Shown in pieces: positions 8,531-17,863 of a stretch of DNA of 38,661 bases. Numbering within the stretch: position 1 is the first letter of the stretch; each line of letters starts with the position of its first letter. The translations under genes and the position numbers were made by a program. Where the stretch lies: positions 1 to 38,661 of the forward strand of contig JAUXDF010000002.1 in assembly GCA_030618505.1 (NCBI GenBank), given 5' to 3'. Under the pieces are notes generated by a model. That model did not search any database, had not been told where the DNA came from, and saw only the letters and a program-made list of their open reading frames with translations. This DNA is from Spongiibacteraceae bacterium. Its GTDB lineage: Bacteria > Pseudomonadota > Gammaproteobacteria > Pseudomonadales > PIVM01.

Positions 8531-11500
8531 ATGAATATCGGTGAATACTCGGTAAAGAGTAAAGTTATTTCGTGGCTATTGGTTGTCATTATGGTTGGCG
8601 GTGGCTTGTCTGCCTTCCAAAGCATGGGCAAACTCGAAGACCCGGAATTTACTATTAAGCTGGCCAAGGTCGTTACGCTTTATCCGGGCGCCACCGCCAA
8701 AGAAGTACAGGATGAGGTCACCTACCATATAGAAGATGCCATCCAGAAATTACCCCAGGTCAAATGGATCAAAATGTCCGTTTCCCGACCCGGTGCTTCC
8801 GATATCACCATTGAGTTTAAGGATGAATATCGCAAAAAAGACTTTCCTAATATATTTGACGAGCTACGTCGCAAGATAGCTGATGTAAGCCCAAGCCTGC
8901 CTCCCGGAGCACACGCACCGATGGTCATCGACGACTTTGGCGATGTTTATGGCGTGTACGGTATTATCAGCGGTGAGGGCTACAGCTGGAGAGATCTTTG
9001 GGACACCGCTGATCGCGCAAAAAAAGAGTTGGTACGCGTACCCGGCGTCCGTAAAGTCGTCATTGATGGCGAACAAAAGGAAGTCGTCTATGTGGATATT
9101 TCACGCACTCGACTCGGCGAACTGGGTATTTCCCCCGCCAGTATTGCCCAGGTGCTGGCCTCTCAAAACGAGGTCGTTAATGCTGGCAATATTAAAGTCG
9201 GCGATGACTACCTGCGCATCAGCCCTACGGGTGCTTTCGAGTCAGTACAGGCCATTGGTGATGTACTCATTAGCTCGAACGATAAGAAACTGCTCTTTCT
9301 CCGTGATATTGCCACCATTACCCGCTCCTATGATGAAGTACCCAATAAAATGTACTACATCAATGGCAAGCCAGGGCTGGCTATGGGCATCTCAATGATG
9401 GAGGGCGAAAATGTTGTCGAGGTTGGCCAGCGTCTTGCGAAGCGTTATCAAGAATTAAAAACCATCATTCCCATCGGCATGAATATCAGCCTGATTTACA
9501 ACCAGCCGGTGGAAGTGGATAAATCAGTCAGTGGCTTTGTTGTCAGTGTCGGCCAGGCAGTTGCTATTGTGATTATCGTTTTGCTGCTGTTTATGGGCGT
9601 GCGCGTCGGCATTATTATTGGTGCGGTATTGCTTATCACCGTTGCCGGCACCCTGTTTTTTATGAATCTGTTTGCCATTGACCTTCAACGAATTTCACTC
9701 GGCGCACTGGTTATCGCCTTGGGAATGCTGGTCGACAATGCCATTGTGGTTGCCGAGGGAATGCTGGTGCGCATGCAAGCGGGCATGAGCGCCGAAAAAG
9801 CAGCCGGAGAAGCAGTGGGCAAAACCATCTGGGCACTACTCGGTGGTACCGCTATTGGTGTGCTGGCCTTTTCGGCTATCGGCCTGTCGCCGGACTCTAC
9901 GGGAGAATTCGCCAGCTCGCTGTTCTATGTCATCCTCATCTCGCTTTCACTATCATGGATTACCGCCGTCAGCACCACACCTTTATTGTGTGCCTTACTG
10001 CTTAAGCCAGGCAACAGCAACGAAGAACAGAAAGACCCTTATGGCGCCAAACCTTTTCAGGTTTATCGAGGTATCGTCGCGGCAGCAATCGACCATCGCT
10101 GGGCTACAGTCAGTGCGGTAGTCGCATTGTTTGTACTGGCCATTATCGGTTTTGGTAATGTAAAAAGCGGCTTTTTCCCGGAATCCAATACGCCGATGTT
10201 CTTTATCGATATTTGGGAACCAGAAGGTGCGGACATCCGCAAGACCCGCGAAACCACCTTACAAGTCAGCAAATATCTGGAAACCCTGCCTGGTGTCGTA
10301 CAAACGAGCTCTGTAATCGGCGGCCCACATCTGCGTTTCACCCTGGTATATGATTCAAAGGAGCAGGCACGTGCGTATGCCCAGATTATTGTGCAAACTG
10401 AAACACGCGAGCAAATACCTGAGATCTGGCAGCAGGTCGAAACCTTTATGCGCGAAAACTCGCCCTCCAATGACCCGATTATAAAAGCACTGCGTATTGG
10501 CCCCGGGCGTGATAGTAAAATCGAAGCACGCTTTCATGGCCCTGACCCGGCAGTGCTCAGAGAGCTTTCGATCAAAGCCATGGATATCATGCGCGCAGAT
10601 AATGAAGCACGAGATATCCGTGACGACTGGCGCAACGCCGTCAAAGTAGTCACACCGGTATTTAACGAGCAGGTTGGCCGGCAGCTCGGCATTACCCGCG
10701 AGGAACTCAGTGCGGCGCTACAATATGCTTTTGAGGGGAACCCGGTTGGCAGCTATCGCGATGGCATACGCCTGTTGCCAATTAAACTACGTGCCCCTGA
10801 AGATGAGCGCGGCGATATCGACAATATGCAGGACATCCAGGTCTGGAGCCCAATATTGGGCCGCTCGATTCCCGCCGCACAGGTCGTCAGTGGTTTTGAA
10901 ACTACTTGGGAAAATACCGTAGTACGAGGCCGCGATCGTATCCAGACCATTATCGCCTCCTGCAACCCCGCCGGTCCGATGGCCACCCCCTTGTTTGAGC
11001 GGCTACGTATAGAAATTGAAGCAATGAAACTGCCACCGGGTTACAGTCAGTCCTGGGGCGGCGAATATGAAGATTCCCAAAAAGCTCAGGCGGGTCTGGC
11101 GGGCGCGTTGCCTACCGGCTTTTTATTGATGATTCTCACATCGATCTTTTTGTTTGCAAAATTAAAGCAACCGGCCATTATCTGGCTCACCGTCCCGCTA
11201 TCGATTATTGGCATTACCGTCGGCCTGCTGACAACAGGTGGAGCCTTTGATTTCATGTCAATACTCGGCGCCTTATCGCTGGTTGGCTTGTTAATTAAAA
11301 ATGCCATTGTGCTCATTGAGGAAATTGACCAACAGATAGAAACTGGAAAAGATCCTTATGACGCTATAGTTGACTCATCGGTCAGCCGATTACGACCCGT
11401 GGTGCTGGCAGCCACTACCACCATATTGGGAATGATTCCGCTACTGCCGGATGTATTCTTCGTAAACATGTCCATTACCATCATGGCAGGACTAGGGTTT

Positions 11501-11575
11501 GCCACAGTATTAACAATGATTGTAGTGCCAACACTGTATGCTATTTTCTTTCATATCAAACGAGAGACAAACTAA
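8531..11575 (+). CDS. RND efflux transporter permease (AcrB/HAE1-like)
   Basis: 1014 aa. Two large periplasmic loops and two 6-TM bundles. Contains the typical GMLVDNAIVVAE and LIKNAIVLIEE motifs. Confidence 0.9.
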   Translation: MNIGEYSVKSKVISWLLVVIMVGGGLSAFQSMGKLEDPEFTIKLAKVVTLYPGATAKEVQDEVTYHIEDAIQKLPQVKWIKMSVSRPGASDITIEFKDEYRKKDFPNIFDELRRKIADVSPSLPPGAHAPMVIDDFGDVYGVYGIISGEGYSWRDLWDTADRAKKELVRVPGVRKVVIDGEQKEVVYVDISRTRLGELGISPASIAQVLASQNEVVNAGNIKVGDDYLRISPTGAFESVQAIGDVLISSNDKKLLFLRDIATITRSYDEVPNKMYYINGKPGLAMGISMMEGENVVEVGQRLAKRYQELKTIIPIGMNISLIYNQPVEVDKSVSGFVVSVGQAVAIVIIVLLLFMGVRVGIIIGAVLLITVAGTLFFMNLFAIDLQRISLGALVIALGMLVDNAIVVAEGMLVRMQAGMSAEKAAGEAVGKTIWALLGGTAIGVLAFSAIGLSPDSTGEFASSLFYVILISLSLSWITAVSTTPLLCALLLKPGNSNEEQKDPYGAKPFQVYRGIVAAAIDHRWATVSAVVALFVLAIIGFGNVKSGFFPESNTPMFFIDIWEPEGADIRKTRETTLQVSKYLETLPGVVQTSSVIGGPHLRFTLVYDSKEQARAYAQIIVQTETREQIPEIWQQVETFMRENSPSNDPIIKALRIGPGRDSKIEARFHGPDPAVLRELSIKAMDIMRADNEARDIRDDWRNAVKVVTPVFNEQVGRQLGITREELSAALQYAFEGNPVGSYRDGIRLLPIKLRAPEDERGDIDNMQDIQVWSPILGRSIPAAQVVSGFETTWENTVVRGRDRIQTIIASCNPAGPMATPLFERLRIEIEAMKLPPGYSQSWGGEYEDSQKAQAGLAGALPTGFLLMILTSIFLFAKLKQPAIIWLTVPLSIIGITVGLLTTGGAFDFMSILGALSLVGLLIKNAIVLIEEIDQQIETGKDPYDAIVDSSVSRLRPVVLAATTTILGMIPLLPDVFFVNMSITIMAGLGFATVLTMIVVPTLYAIFFHIKRETN

Positions 11576-11583
11576 CACCCTCT

Positions 11584-11626
11584 CTCCTCCCCCTCTCCCC
11601 CTGGGAGAGGGTCGGGGTGAGGGGGA
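11584..11626. repeat. GC-rich palindromic element (CCCTCTCCC/GGGAGAGGG type)
   Basis: 9-bp stem CCCTCTCCC 11591-11599 with GGGAGAGGG 11603-11611 and a 3-nt loop. Outer CCCCCTC arm can pair with GAGGGGG 11619-11625. Starts 9 nt after the RND stop codon. Confidence 0.6.
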
Positions 11627-11665
11627 TTCCTACACCTCTAATTTAAATACACAAGCCCAAACAAC

Positions 11666-12127
11666 TCACTCCTGAAAAAATGGATTATCCCGAGTAGCAA
11701 TAAGGCTTACCACCTCTATAGTAAACACTTTCTCACCTCGCTGATTACGCATTGTGGAGACACTCCTGACAATACCGCAATGGGGTTTACTCTTTGATAA
11801 GCGCTTCTCAACACAATGATATTGATAGCTGATCTGATCGCCTGGCCGAAGTGGCGCGTGAAGACGCATTTTATCAAAACCCAGAGCGCTGAGGGCAGCA
11901 ACGTCCCGACCACCTTGCTGCCCTAACCAGACAAAAATAGGGAAAATATGTGCTGAGGATGCAACCAAGCCACCAAACATTGAATTATTGGCAGCCTCCT
12001 CATCAATATGAAAAGGCTGCGGATCCCAGCGAGATGCCATCTCCACAATCTCCTCTTTGGTCACCGAGTAGGTCACCGGGATATCGATATTCTCATCAAC
12101 AATATAATCTTCGTAATATATTTTCAT
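11666..12127 (-). CDS. MaoC-like (R)-hydratase / hotdog-fold dehydratase
   Basis: 153 aa. Motif DPQPFHIDEEAANNSMFGGLVASSAH is typical of the MaoC dehydratase family. Confidence 0.8.
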   Translation of the reverse strand: MKIYYEDYIVDENIDIPVTYSVTKEEIVEMASRWDPQPFHIDEEAANNSMFGGLVASSAHIFPIFVWLGQQGGRDVAALSALGFDKMRLHAPLRPGDQISYQYHCVEKRLSKSKPHCGIVRSVSTMRNQRGEKVFTIEVVSLIATRDNPFFQE

Positions 12128-12321
12128 ATTTCAATTTACTTTATTCAAACAAAAATCGCAGGGTTCAGTGCAAATAAGCGCTCAACTATAAACTGATAGA
12201 TCATCTCTCGCTATCTTCTCAGCCCCAAATTCTGCAAAAGTTTCGCAATTTCACATCTTCTGTTAGGCTAGCAGCCTAATCATTTCAAACTACATGTTTT
12301 AGCAGCGAACAAGGAATTCAG

Positions 12322-13323
12322 ATGTTACGCTTTACTCTATTGTTTATCTTAATTGCATATAGCCTTAGCGCGCAGAGTCTTAATGTATTCAGAGTAGCGG
12401 CAGACGAATGGCCGCCCTTCACCAGCGAAAAAAGCGACCAACGCATCGCCGTTGATCTGGTTCAAACGGCTCTAATACGCACCGGCTGGATACCAAAAAT
12501 TACCATTACTGACTGGGGAAAAATCGCCCCTGCAATAAAGGCTGGAGAGTTTGATGGCATTATTGCCGAATGGTACACAAAAGAGCGAGAAGAATACCTG
12601 CTTTTCTCCCAACCCTATCTGGAAAACCGGATAATCGCCCTCGGCCTTAAAAACAAAGCTAGCAAAGTGAGCAAAATCACCCAACTAAAAGGCAAACGTG
12701 TTGCCCTTGTAAAAGGCTACGCTTACGGTGATAAACTCTTTGCCAATGCGCCCTTTGAAGCAATCTACGGCGCAAGCGTACAGGAAAATTTACAGCTTCT
12801 ACTAACAGATAAAGTAGACTACCTGCTAGCGGATGAACTGGTTCTGAAATCACTTTATACGCAACTATCCAAAAGTGAGCGACAACAACTACAAAGCCAT
12901 TCAGCGCCCTTAACCATTAAAAAACTCTTTTTTGTCGTTAGCAAACAACATCCAAAAGCCGACATTATTATCGATAAATTTAACCGAGCTATTCGTGAGA
13001 TGGTCAATGATGGTAGCTATAACGACATTCTGGGCTTTGGTGTCATTTTCAGAACTGACGAAGAAGGCATTGCTGATGTCATTACCTCAAAGAGCAAACT
13101 CGATCTATCGTTACCGGAACAAGCACAGGATGGCTATCAGGTATTCAGTGAAGATAATGCGTTTGCCAGCAAGGGGTCAATGAAATACCGAGTGGATGGA
13201 CGCACCTACGCTAACTGGGATGATGCAAAGAAAGCGATAAACGAAGGCAGCCAGGATGTCAACAAACTGGACCCGGATCAGGATCAAGAGAATGAATACC
13301 AGCTTATAATTCCCATTCGCTAG
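12322..13323 (+). CDS. Periplasmic solute-binding protein (family 3, amino-acid-type fold) with a C-terminal extension
   Basis: Signal peptide ending AQS. PBP type-2 pattern (ADEWPPF, FDGIIAEW, SQPYLENR, KVDYLLADE). No permease or ATPase gene is adjacent. Confidence 0.7.
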   Translation: MLRFTLLFILIAYSLSAQSLNVFRVAADEWPPFTSEKSDQRIAVDLVQTALIRTGWIPKITITDWGKIAPAIKAGEFDGIIAEWYTKEREEYLLFSQPYLENRIIALGLKNKASKVSKITQLKGKRVALVKGYAYGDKLFANAPFEAIYGASVQENLQLLLTDKVDYLLADELVLKSLYTQLSKSERQQLQSHSAPLTIKKLFFVVSKQHPKADIIIDKFNRAIREMVNDGSYNDILGFGVIFRTDEEGIADVITSKSKLDLSLPEQAQDGYQVFSEDNAFASKGSMKYRVDGRTYANWDDAKKAINEGSQDVNKLDPDQDQENEYQLIIPIR

Positions 13324-13415
13324 GCAATAAACTGTTAACAAAAAGCGCTATTATATTGCGTTTGGCAAATACCTTAATATACTGTTAAAAACACCATAAA
13401 ACTGAGGAACTCAAT

Positions 13416-13937
13416 ATGAACAAAACTCTATTAAAATTCCTGGCCACCGCCAGCATCGCGCTAGTTGCTAATCTCGCAAATGCCGACATTTACCTGGGCG
13501 GCGGTTTATATCAATCCACTCTGGATGCCGATAATGATTTAGGCGACGATGATGATAAAGCGATGACCATATTTCTGGGCTGGGAGCCGCCTGTCATTCC
13601 CTTTTTGTCGGTTGAGATAGCCTACCACGATTTAGGTTCTTATAAGCTGAGTGAAGATATTGAGGCAGACCTCACTGCATATTCAGCCCAAGCTGTACTC
13701 GCATTCCCTATTTTGATGTTTGATATTTACGGAAAACTCGGTTATGCCAAAACTGATTCTGATTTCTCGGTAAATGGCGATAAAGACAATGACAGCAGCT
13801 CTGACCCCTATTTAGCTTTAGGCGTAGCCCTCACGCTACTCCCGGTTGTTGATTTCTATGCCGAATATCAACGCTTTGAATTCAATGATGACAATACCGT
13901 TGATATGTTTGGCGTGGGCGTAAAGGCGACATTTTAA
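13416..13937 (+). CDS. Small outer-membrane beta-barrel protein (OmpA-barrel/OmpW-like)
   Basis: Signal peptide ending ANA. Alternating hydrophobic beta-strand pattern. C-terminal GVGVKATF with terminal Phe. Confidence 0.75.
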   Translation: MNKTLLKFLATASIALVANLANADIYLGGGLYQSTLDADNDLGDDDDKAMTIFLGWEPPVIPFLSVEIAYHDLGSYKLSEDIEADLTAYSAQAVLAFPILMFDIYGKLGYAKTDSDFSVNGDKDNDSSSDPYLALGVALTLLPVVDFYAEYQRFEFNDDNTVDMFGVGVKATF

Positions 13938-13967
13938 GCGCTTGTAAAAATACCAAGCAATAAACTG

Positions 13968-14003
13968 AACCCTGGATAGTCCTTTTGAGATCCGGGGTTT
14001 TTA
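13968..14003 (+). terminator. Rho-independent terminator candidate
   Basis: 9-bp stem 13968-13976 with 13991-13999 (one G-U pair) and a 14-nt loop, running into TTTTT at 13998-14002. Lies 31 nt after the stop of the 13416-13937 gene. Confidence 0.5.
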
Positions 14004-14084
14004 ATATGTCAGGAGCGACTCAAACAAGATTACAGCCGAGACAAGCACCATAGTCGTTATTTTCCACCATGGCACTTTTAATAA

Positions 14085-16169
14085 TCAAAAAATATAATAG
14101 TAACCCAAGTTAAAAAATAAAATACGGTACTTTTCGTTCTGATCAAAGCGATTTTTTCCTCGTATAAACTGTCCACCAAACTCACCATCGAGGGTATGCC
14201 GTTTCATAAAACGGTATTCAACACGCAAGACCGGCGCAGTTTTGCTCTGGTCGCTGCCATCTTGATTGTCCCTTTTTTGAAAGCTCAATTTTGACTGTAA
14301 AGACCAGGCACTGGGCCACCGATAGCGATAATGCAGGTAAAGGGTATTAATATCTGAATAGGCCAGTCTTGAGTGATTGGAACTAATAGTTACACTATCG
14401 TAGTCACTAAACAGTCCCTGCCCAAAAATCTGCAGATAATAATAGTATTCGTTTCCTGTGCCCTCAAAGCCCTGCACACCGCCTGATTCTGGTGTATCGG
14501 AAAGATGGGATAAGGTGAATGAGCCGCTGATGCTGTAACGCTGGCTTAATGGATGACTCACATAAAGGTTGGCCGTCTTACTGACATAGGTGCGATCAAG
14601 CGCCAGATCCTCTATAGAGGATCCATCCTCAATAATTTGTTCAAGCGTATCCAGCTCATCACTTTGTTGACCAATCAATGCATTTTGTGTCGTTAAGAAA
14701 GGACTTTTGCGATAGTTTAATGACAGGTTTGTTGTGGTTCCGCTGGAGAAAATATAACTACTATTCAGTAGCAGTGCATTAAGCTCCTTATAAAAAACAT
14801 CATAGTCAAGCAAGCCAGAGAGGTGGACACGCTGCGTGTTATAGGTCACTTCGGTGCCAATCGCACGTCGATCAACGTAGCTATCAATACGCTGCTCTAT
14901 AGCAAAAATATTAACATCTGTAGCCCCATAGAATGGCCCCAGATCACTGCCTACACCGAAGAAATAACGATTTGAATTCACCGATGTGTCGGACGAGCTA
15001 TTTACCGGGTAGCCGGCAACAACATTAATCCGGCTTTTGTTTCCCGTTGGCGTGGAAAGTTGTACTCCATCAAAACGTCCCATAACGCCGTTATGATTAT
15101 CCCGTTGGCGACCTAGCTTGATATGGTGTTCATTTTCCCTATCTTCTGCTTCGATATAAAAATAGCTTAGTCGTCCGCTGTCGCCAGGGCCACCACCAAG
15201 AAAGTCAGCATCATAACCTCCGTTTACTCGACTGGTGACCTCATACTGGCCGCTGCGATAGCGCTGATGGTAATCAATTGAAGTACTTAGCATGGACAGA
15301 CTGGTTTTGCTTTCGCCATTATCATCGGTATTTTCTGCCATGCGATAATACTGAAAAAACCCCCCGTAGCTTTGCCAGGTTTCAGAGGTTTTTTTACGCT
15401 TGTTATTGGCTGAGCGTAATTCTGCTGTCGGCTGCTCCAGGGTAATAAGCGCTGCAAGGCGCTGTTTTACTCGAAAACTGCCATCACTTTCAGGGTATTG
15501 TTTCAGGTAGTCATCGTAAGCTTTTTTGGCGCGGGCTTTTTTACCCGATCTCTCCAGTGCTACCGCATAAAACTCGTAGGCTAGTTGCTTAACAGTTTCG
15601 TCCGTCGATTCTATCAAACGGATATAGATCGATTCAGCTTTGGCGTAGTCGCGCTGGGACATCGCATGTTGTGCTGCCAGAAACAGTGCTTTACTGCTGG
15701 CTTGTTCACCATCCGCTGATACTGCACTTATACTTTGATTTTCTTTGGAGACTCGAAAATCGATAATGAGTCGATGCCCATAACGACCGCTTGGGCCTAA
15801 TAAAAAAACATTCTCCGTGACTGGTTTTGAAAGATCAATAGTAAGCAGCGTAAGGCCTTTATTGACTTTGTCTTGCCTGCGAATGTTCTTTATAAGCTTA
15901 TTGTTTGCGATGATATCTTTCGTAGACAGTTGAAAGCTCGCCAGTGGAATTTCCAGTACCAGCTGAGTTGAGGTACTTTTTCCAAGGCGTTTATAACTAA
16001 TCGCGCCGCTGAGATCGAACACCATGCGGGTTTTGCTCTCACTACTACCGACACGAATATCGTTGATAACAACATCATTAACATTATCTCCCAGAACAGA
16101 CCCTGAGATACACAGCAGTATAAAGCCCCAGCGGCGTATGAGTTTCCCATTAAACTGCCACAGGTGCAT
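14085..16169 (-). CDS. Outer-membrane protein: signal peptide + AMIN domain + TPR region + large C-terminal beta-barrel
   Basis: AMIN-like segment INDIRVGSSESKTRMVFDLSG...RLIIDF. TPR-like helices (AQHAMSQRDYAKAESIYIRL...YDDYLKQYP). About 430 aa of alternating-strand sequence ending YYYIF. The start ATG overlaps the upstream stop (TAATG, 16167-16171). Confidence 0.7.
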   Translation of the reverse strand: MHLWQFNGKLIRRWGFILLCISGSVLGDNVNDVVINDIRVGSSESKTRMVFDLSGAISYKRLGKSTSTQLVLEIPLASFQLSTKDIIANNKLIKNIRRQDKVNKGLTLLTIDLSKPVTENVFLLGPSGRYGHRLIIDFRVSKENQSISAVSADGEQASSKALFLAAQHAMSQRDYAKAESIYIRLIESTDETVKQLAYEFYAVALERSGKKARAKKAYDDYLKQYPESDGSFRVKQRLAALITLEQPTAELRSANNKRKKTSETWQSYGGFFQYYRMAENTDDNGESKTSLSMLSTSIDYHQRYRSGQYEVTSRVNGGYDADFLGGGPGDSGRLSYFYIEAEDRENEHHIKLGRQRDNHNGVMGRFDGVQLSTPTGNKSRINVVAGYPVNSSSDTSVNSNRYFFGVGSDLGPFYGATDVNIFAIEQRIDSYVDRRAIGTEVTYNTQRVHLSGLLDYDVFYKELNALLLNSSYIFSSGTTTNLSLNYRKSPFLTTQNALIGQQSDELDTLEQIIEDGSSIEDLALDRTYVSKTANLYVSHPLSQRYSISGSFTLSHLSDTPESGGVQGFEGTGNEYYYYLQIFGQGLFSDYDSVTISSNHSRLAYSDINTLYLHYRYRWPSAWSLQSKLSFQKRDNQDGSDQSKTAPVLRVEYRFMKRHTLDGEFGGQFIRGKNRFDQNEKYRILFFNLGYYYIF

Positions 16170-17863
16170 TAGAACTCGCCATCCTGCACGCGGTGTTCGC
16201 TGCTCTCATGGCATGCACCTGAGCAATCCTTTAATTCAAACACTGTGTACTTAATATCACCAGATTTCTTGTGAGGCCCTGGGTCGTAATCCTTTTCATG
16301 GCAGGCTGCGCAATCAGGTTGATGCGCAGGAAAAGGCCAGGGAACAGTTTCTGCGTTGCTGGTATGGCAAATATTACAAGTGAGATTACTCCGGTGATCG
16401 CCGGGATAGTTAGCGCTAATGTGAGAAAAGCTGGTAAACGACCAATTGGTAGTATTATGGCAACGATCACATTGCTGGGTCGTCATAAAGTGGCTGGCAG
16501 ATTTTCCCGTGGCGATGATGCCGTCATGGCAGCTGGAACAGTTATTGGAGGCAGTACTATGATCAAAGCTTGCCGGTGTCCAGGCAAGATTGCTGTGGCA
16601 AAGATCGCACTCTGCGTTAGTAGCAATATGATCGCCCGGCTTGCCGGTGGCGACAGAACCATTATGACAACTTGAGCAAGCGCTGGTAATGCCGCTATGG
16701 TCGAACACCGCCGGTAGCCAGGCAAGGTTACTATGACAGAGATCGCACTCTCCACTGGTACTGATATGACCCGTGGGCTTTCCATCAGCCGTGCTACCGT
16801 TATGACAGCTGGAACAACTGCCAAGGACTTCGTCATGATCTACGCGAACGGCAGGTTCCCACTGTACGTTGTTGTGGCAAGCCTCACATACATTACTCGA
16901 TAGTATATGGCTAGTCCCCTTGGGCGTTGACGTAACACCATCGTGACAAGCAATGCAGCTGCTGGTGACGGCATTGTGATCAAAAATTGCTGGCGACCAA
17001 GCAAGGCTATTGTGGCAAAAAGCACAATCGGCATTAGTGGGCAGATGACTAGCATCCTTCCCCGTTGCCTCGATACCATTGTGACAGCTGGCGCATTGCC
17101 CCAACACCTCATTGTGATCGATACGAATGACCGGTTCCCACAGATTTGAACTATGGCATGCTTCGCAAGCGTTGCCAGTCAGTGCATGACTCGCGCTTTT
17201 ACCGGTAGCCGTTAATCCATCATGGCAAGCGATACAATTATTACTCACCGTACTGTGATCAAAGGTCGCCGGCAACCAGGCGATGGCGCTATGACAAAAC
17301 TGACAGTCTGCGTTAGTCGGTAGATGATTGTTGGTTTTTCCCGTGGCGATGACGTTATTGTGACAAGTGAAACATTGACCAGAAATTTCATTATGATCAA
17401 CACGTGGTATTGTTTGCCAGTTATTGTCGATATGACAGCTATCACACTGCTGGGAGCTTAAAATGTGCTGGATCGGTTTTCCCTCAGCACTAATATTGTT
17501 ATGGCAGTTTTGACAAGGCCCAATAGTAGCGCTATGTTCAACACGGACAACTATGTCCCAGCCATTCTCCGTGTGGCAGTCCAGACAATGGTCAGTGCTT
17601 GGAACATGCTGTAAGGGTTTAACAGATGCATCAATACGTCCACGATTGGCGTGGCACGCTTCACAGATTACCGGTGTTCCTTTAAATTGACCATTGATAT
17701 GGCATGACTGGCAATCAACCTGGCGATGTAATCCTTCCAGGGGAAAGCCGGTAAGAAAGTGGTCATACTCAACATTCTGGGCCAAGGCTTGTTGAAACAA
17801 ACACAACATCGCAATAATACTCAAAAAGCCGAAGCGCGAAATAGTGATAGGATCTATTTTCAT
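16169..17863 (-). CDS. Secreted multihaem c-type cytochrome, 21 CxxCH + 1 CxxxCH
   Basis: Signal peptide ending ALAQ with no lipobox. I counted 21 CxxCH motifs plus CSGACH at aa 547-552. About eight tandem di-haem units of 46-47 aa. Confidence 0.9.
   Translation of the reverse strand: MKIDPITISRFGFLSIIAMLCLFQQALAQNVEYDHFLTGFPLEGLHRQVDCQSCHINGQFKGTPVICEACHANRGRIDASVKPLQHVPSTDHCLDCHTENGWDIVVRVEHSATIGPCQNCHNNISAEGKPIQHILSSQQCDSCHIDNNWQTIPRVDHNEISGQCFTCHNNVIATGKTNNHLPTNADCQFCHSAIAWLPATFDHSTVSNNCIACHDGLTATGKSASHALTGNACEACHSSNLWEPVIRIDHNEVLGQCASCHNGIEATGKDASHLPTNADCAFCHNSLAWSPAIFDHNAVTSSCIACHDGVTSTPKGTSHILSSNVCEACHNNVQWEPAVRVDHDEVLGSCSSCHNGSTADGKPTGHISTSGECDLCHSNLAWLPAVFDHSGITSACSSCHNGSVATGKPGDHIATNAECDLCHSNLAWTPASFDHSTASNNCSSCHDGIIATGKSASHFMTTQQCDRCHNTTNWSFTSFSHISANYPGDHRSNLTCNICHTSNAETVPWPFPAHQPDCAACHEKDYDPGPHKKSGDIKYTVFELKDCSGACHESSEHRVQDGEF

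Noticed and set aside
8937-10470. 153-aa (plus, off-frame) and 135-aa (minus) ORFs inside the RND permease
   Set aside because: These are shadow ORFs within a 1014-aa gene whose frame is unambiguous.
16271-16836. Antisense and alternative-frame ORFs (134 aa on plus, 117 aa on minus) inside the 564-aa cytochrome gene
   Set aside because: These are shadow ORFs created by the repetitive Cys/His/Gly-rich coding repeats. They have no start context, and the cytochrome frame explains the region.
16400-17515. Regular ~140-bp periodicity that could be mistaken for a CRISPR array or non-coding tandem repeat
   Set aside because: The periodicity is at the protein level (di-haem modules) within one uninterrupted ORF. 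The DNA repeats are diverged and there is no repeat-spacer structure.
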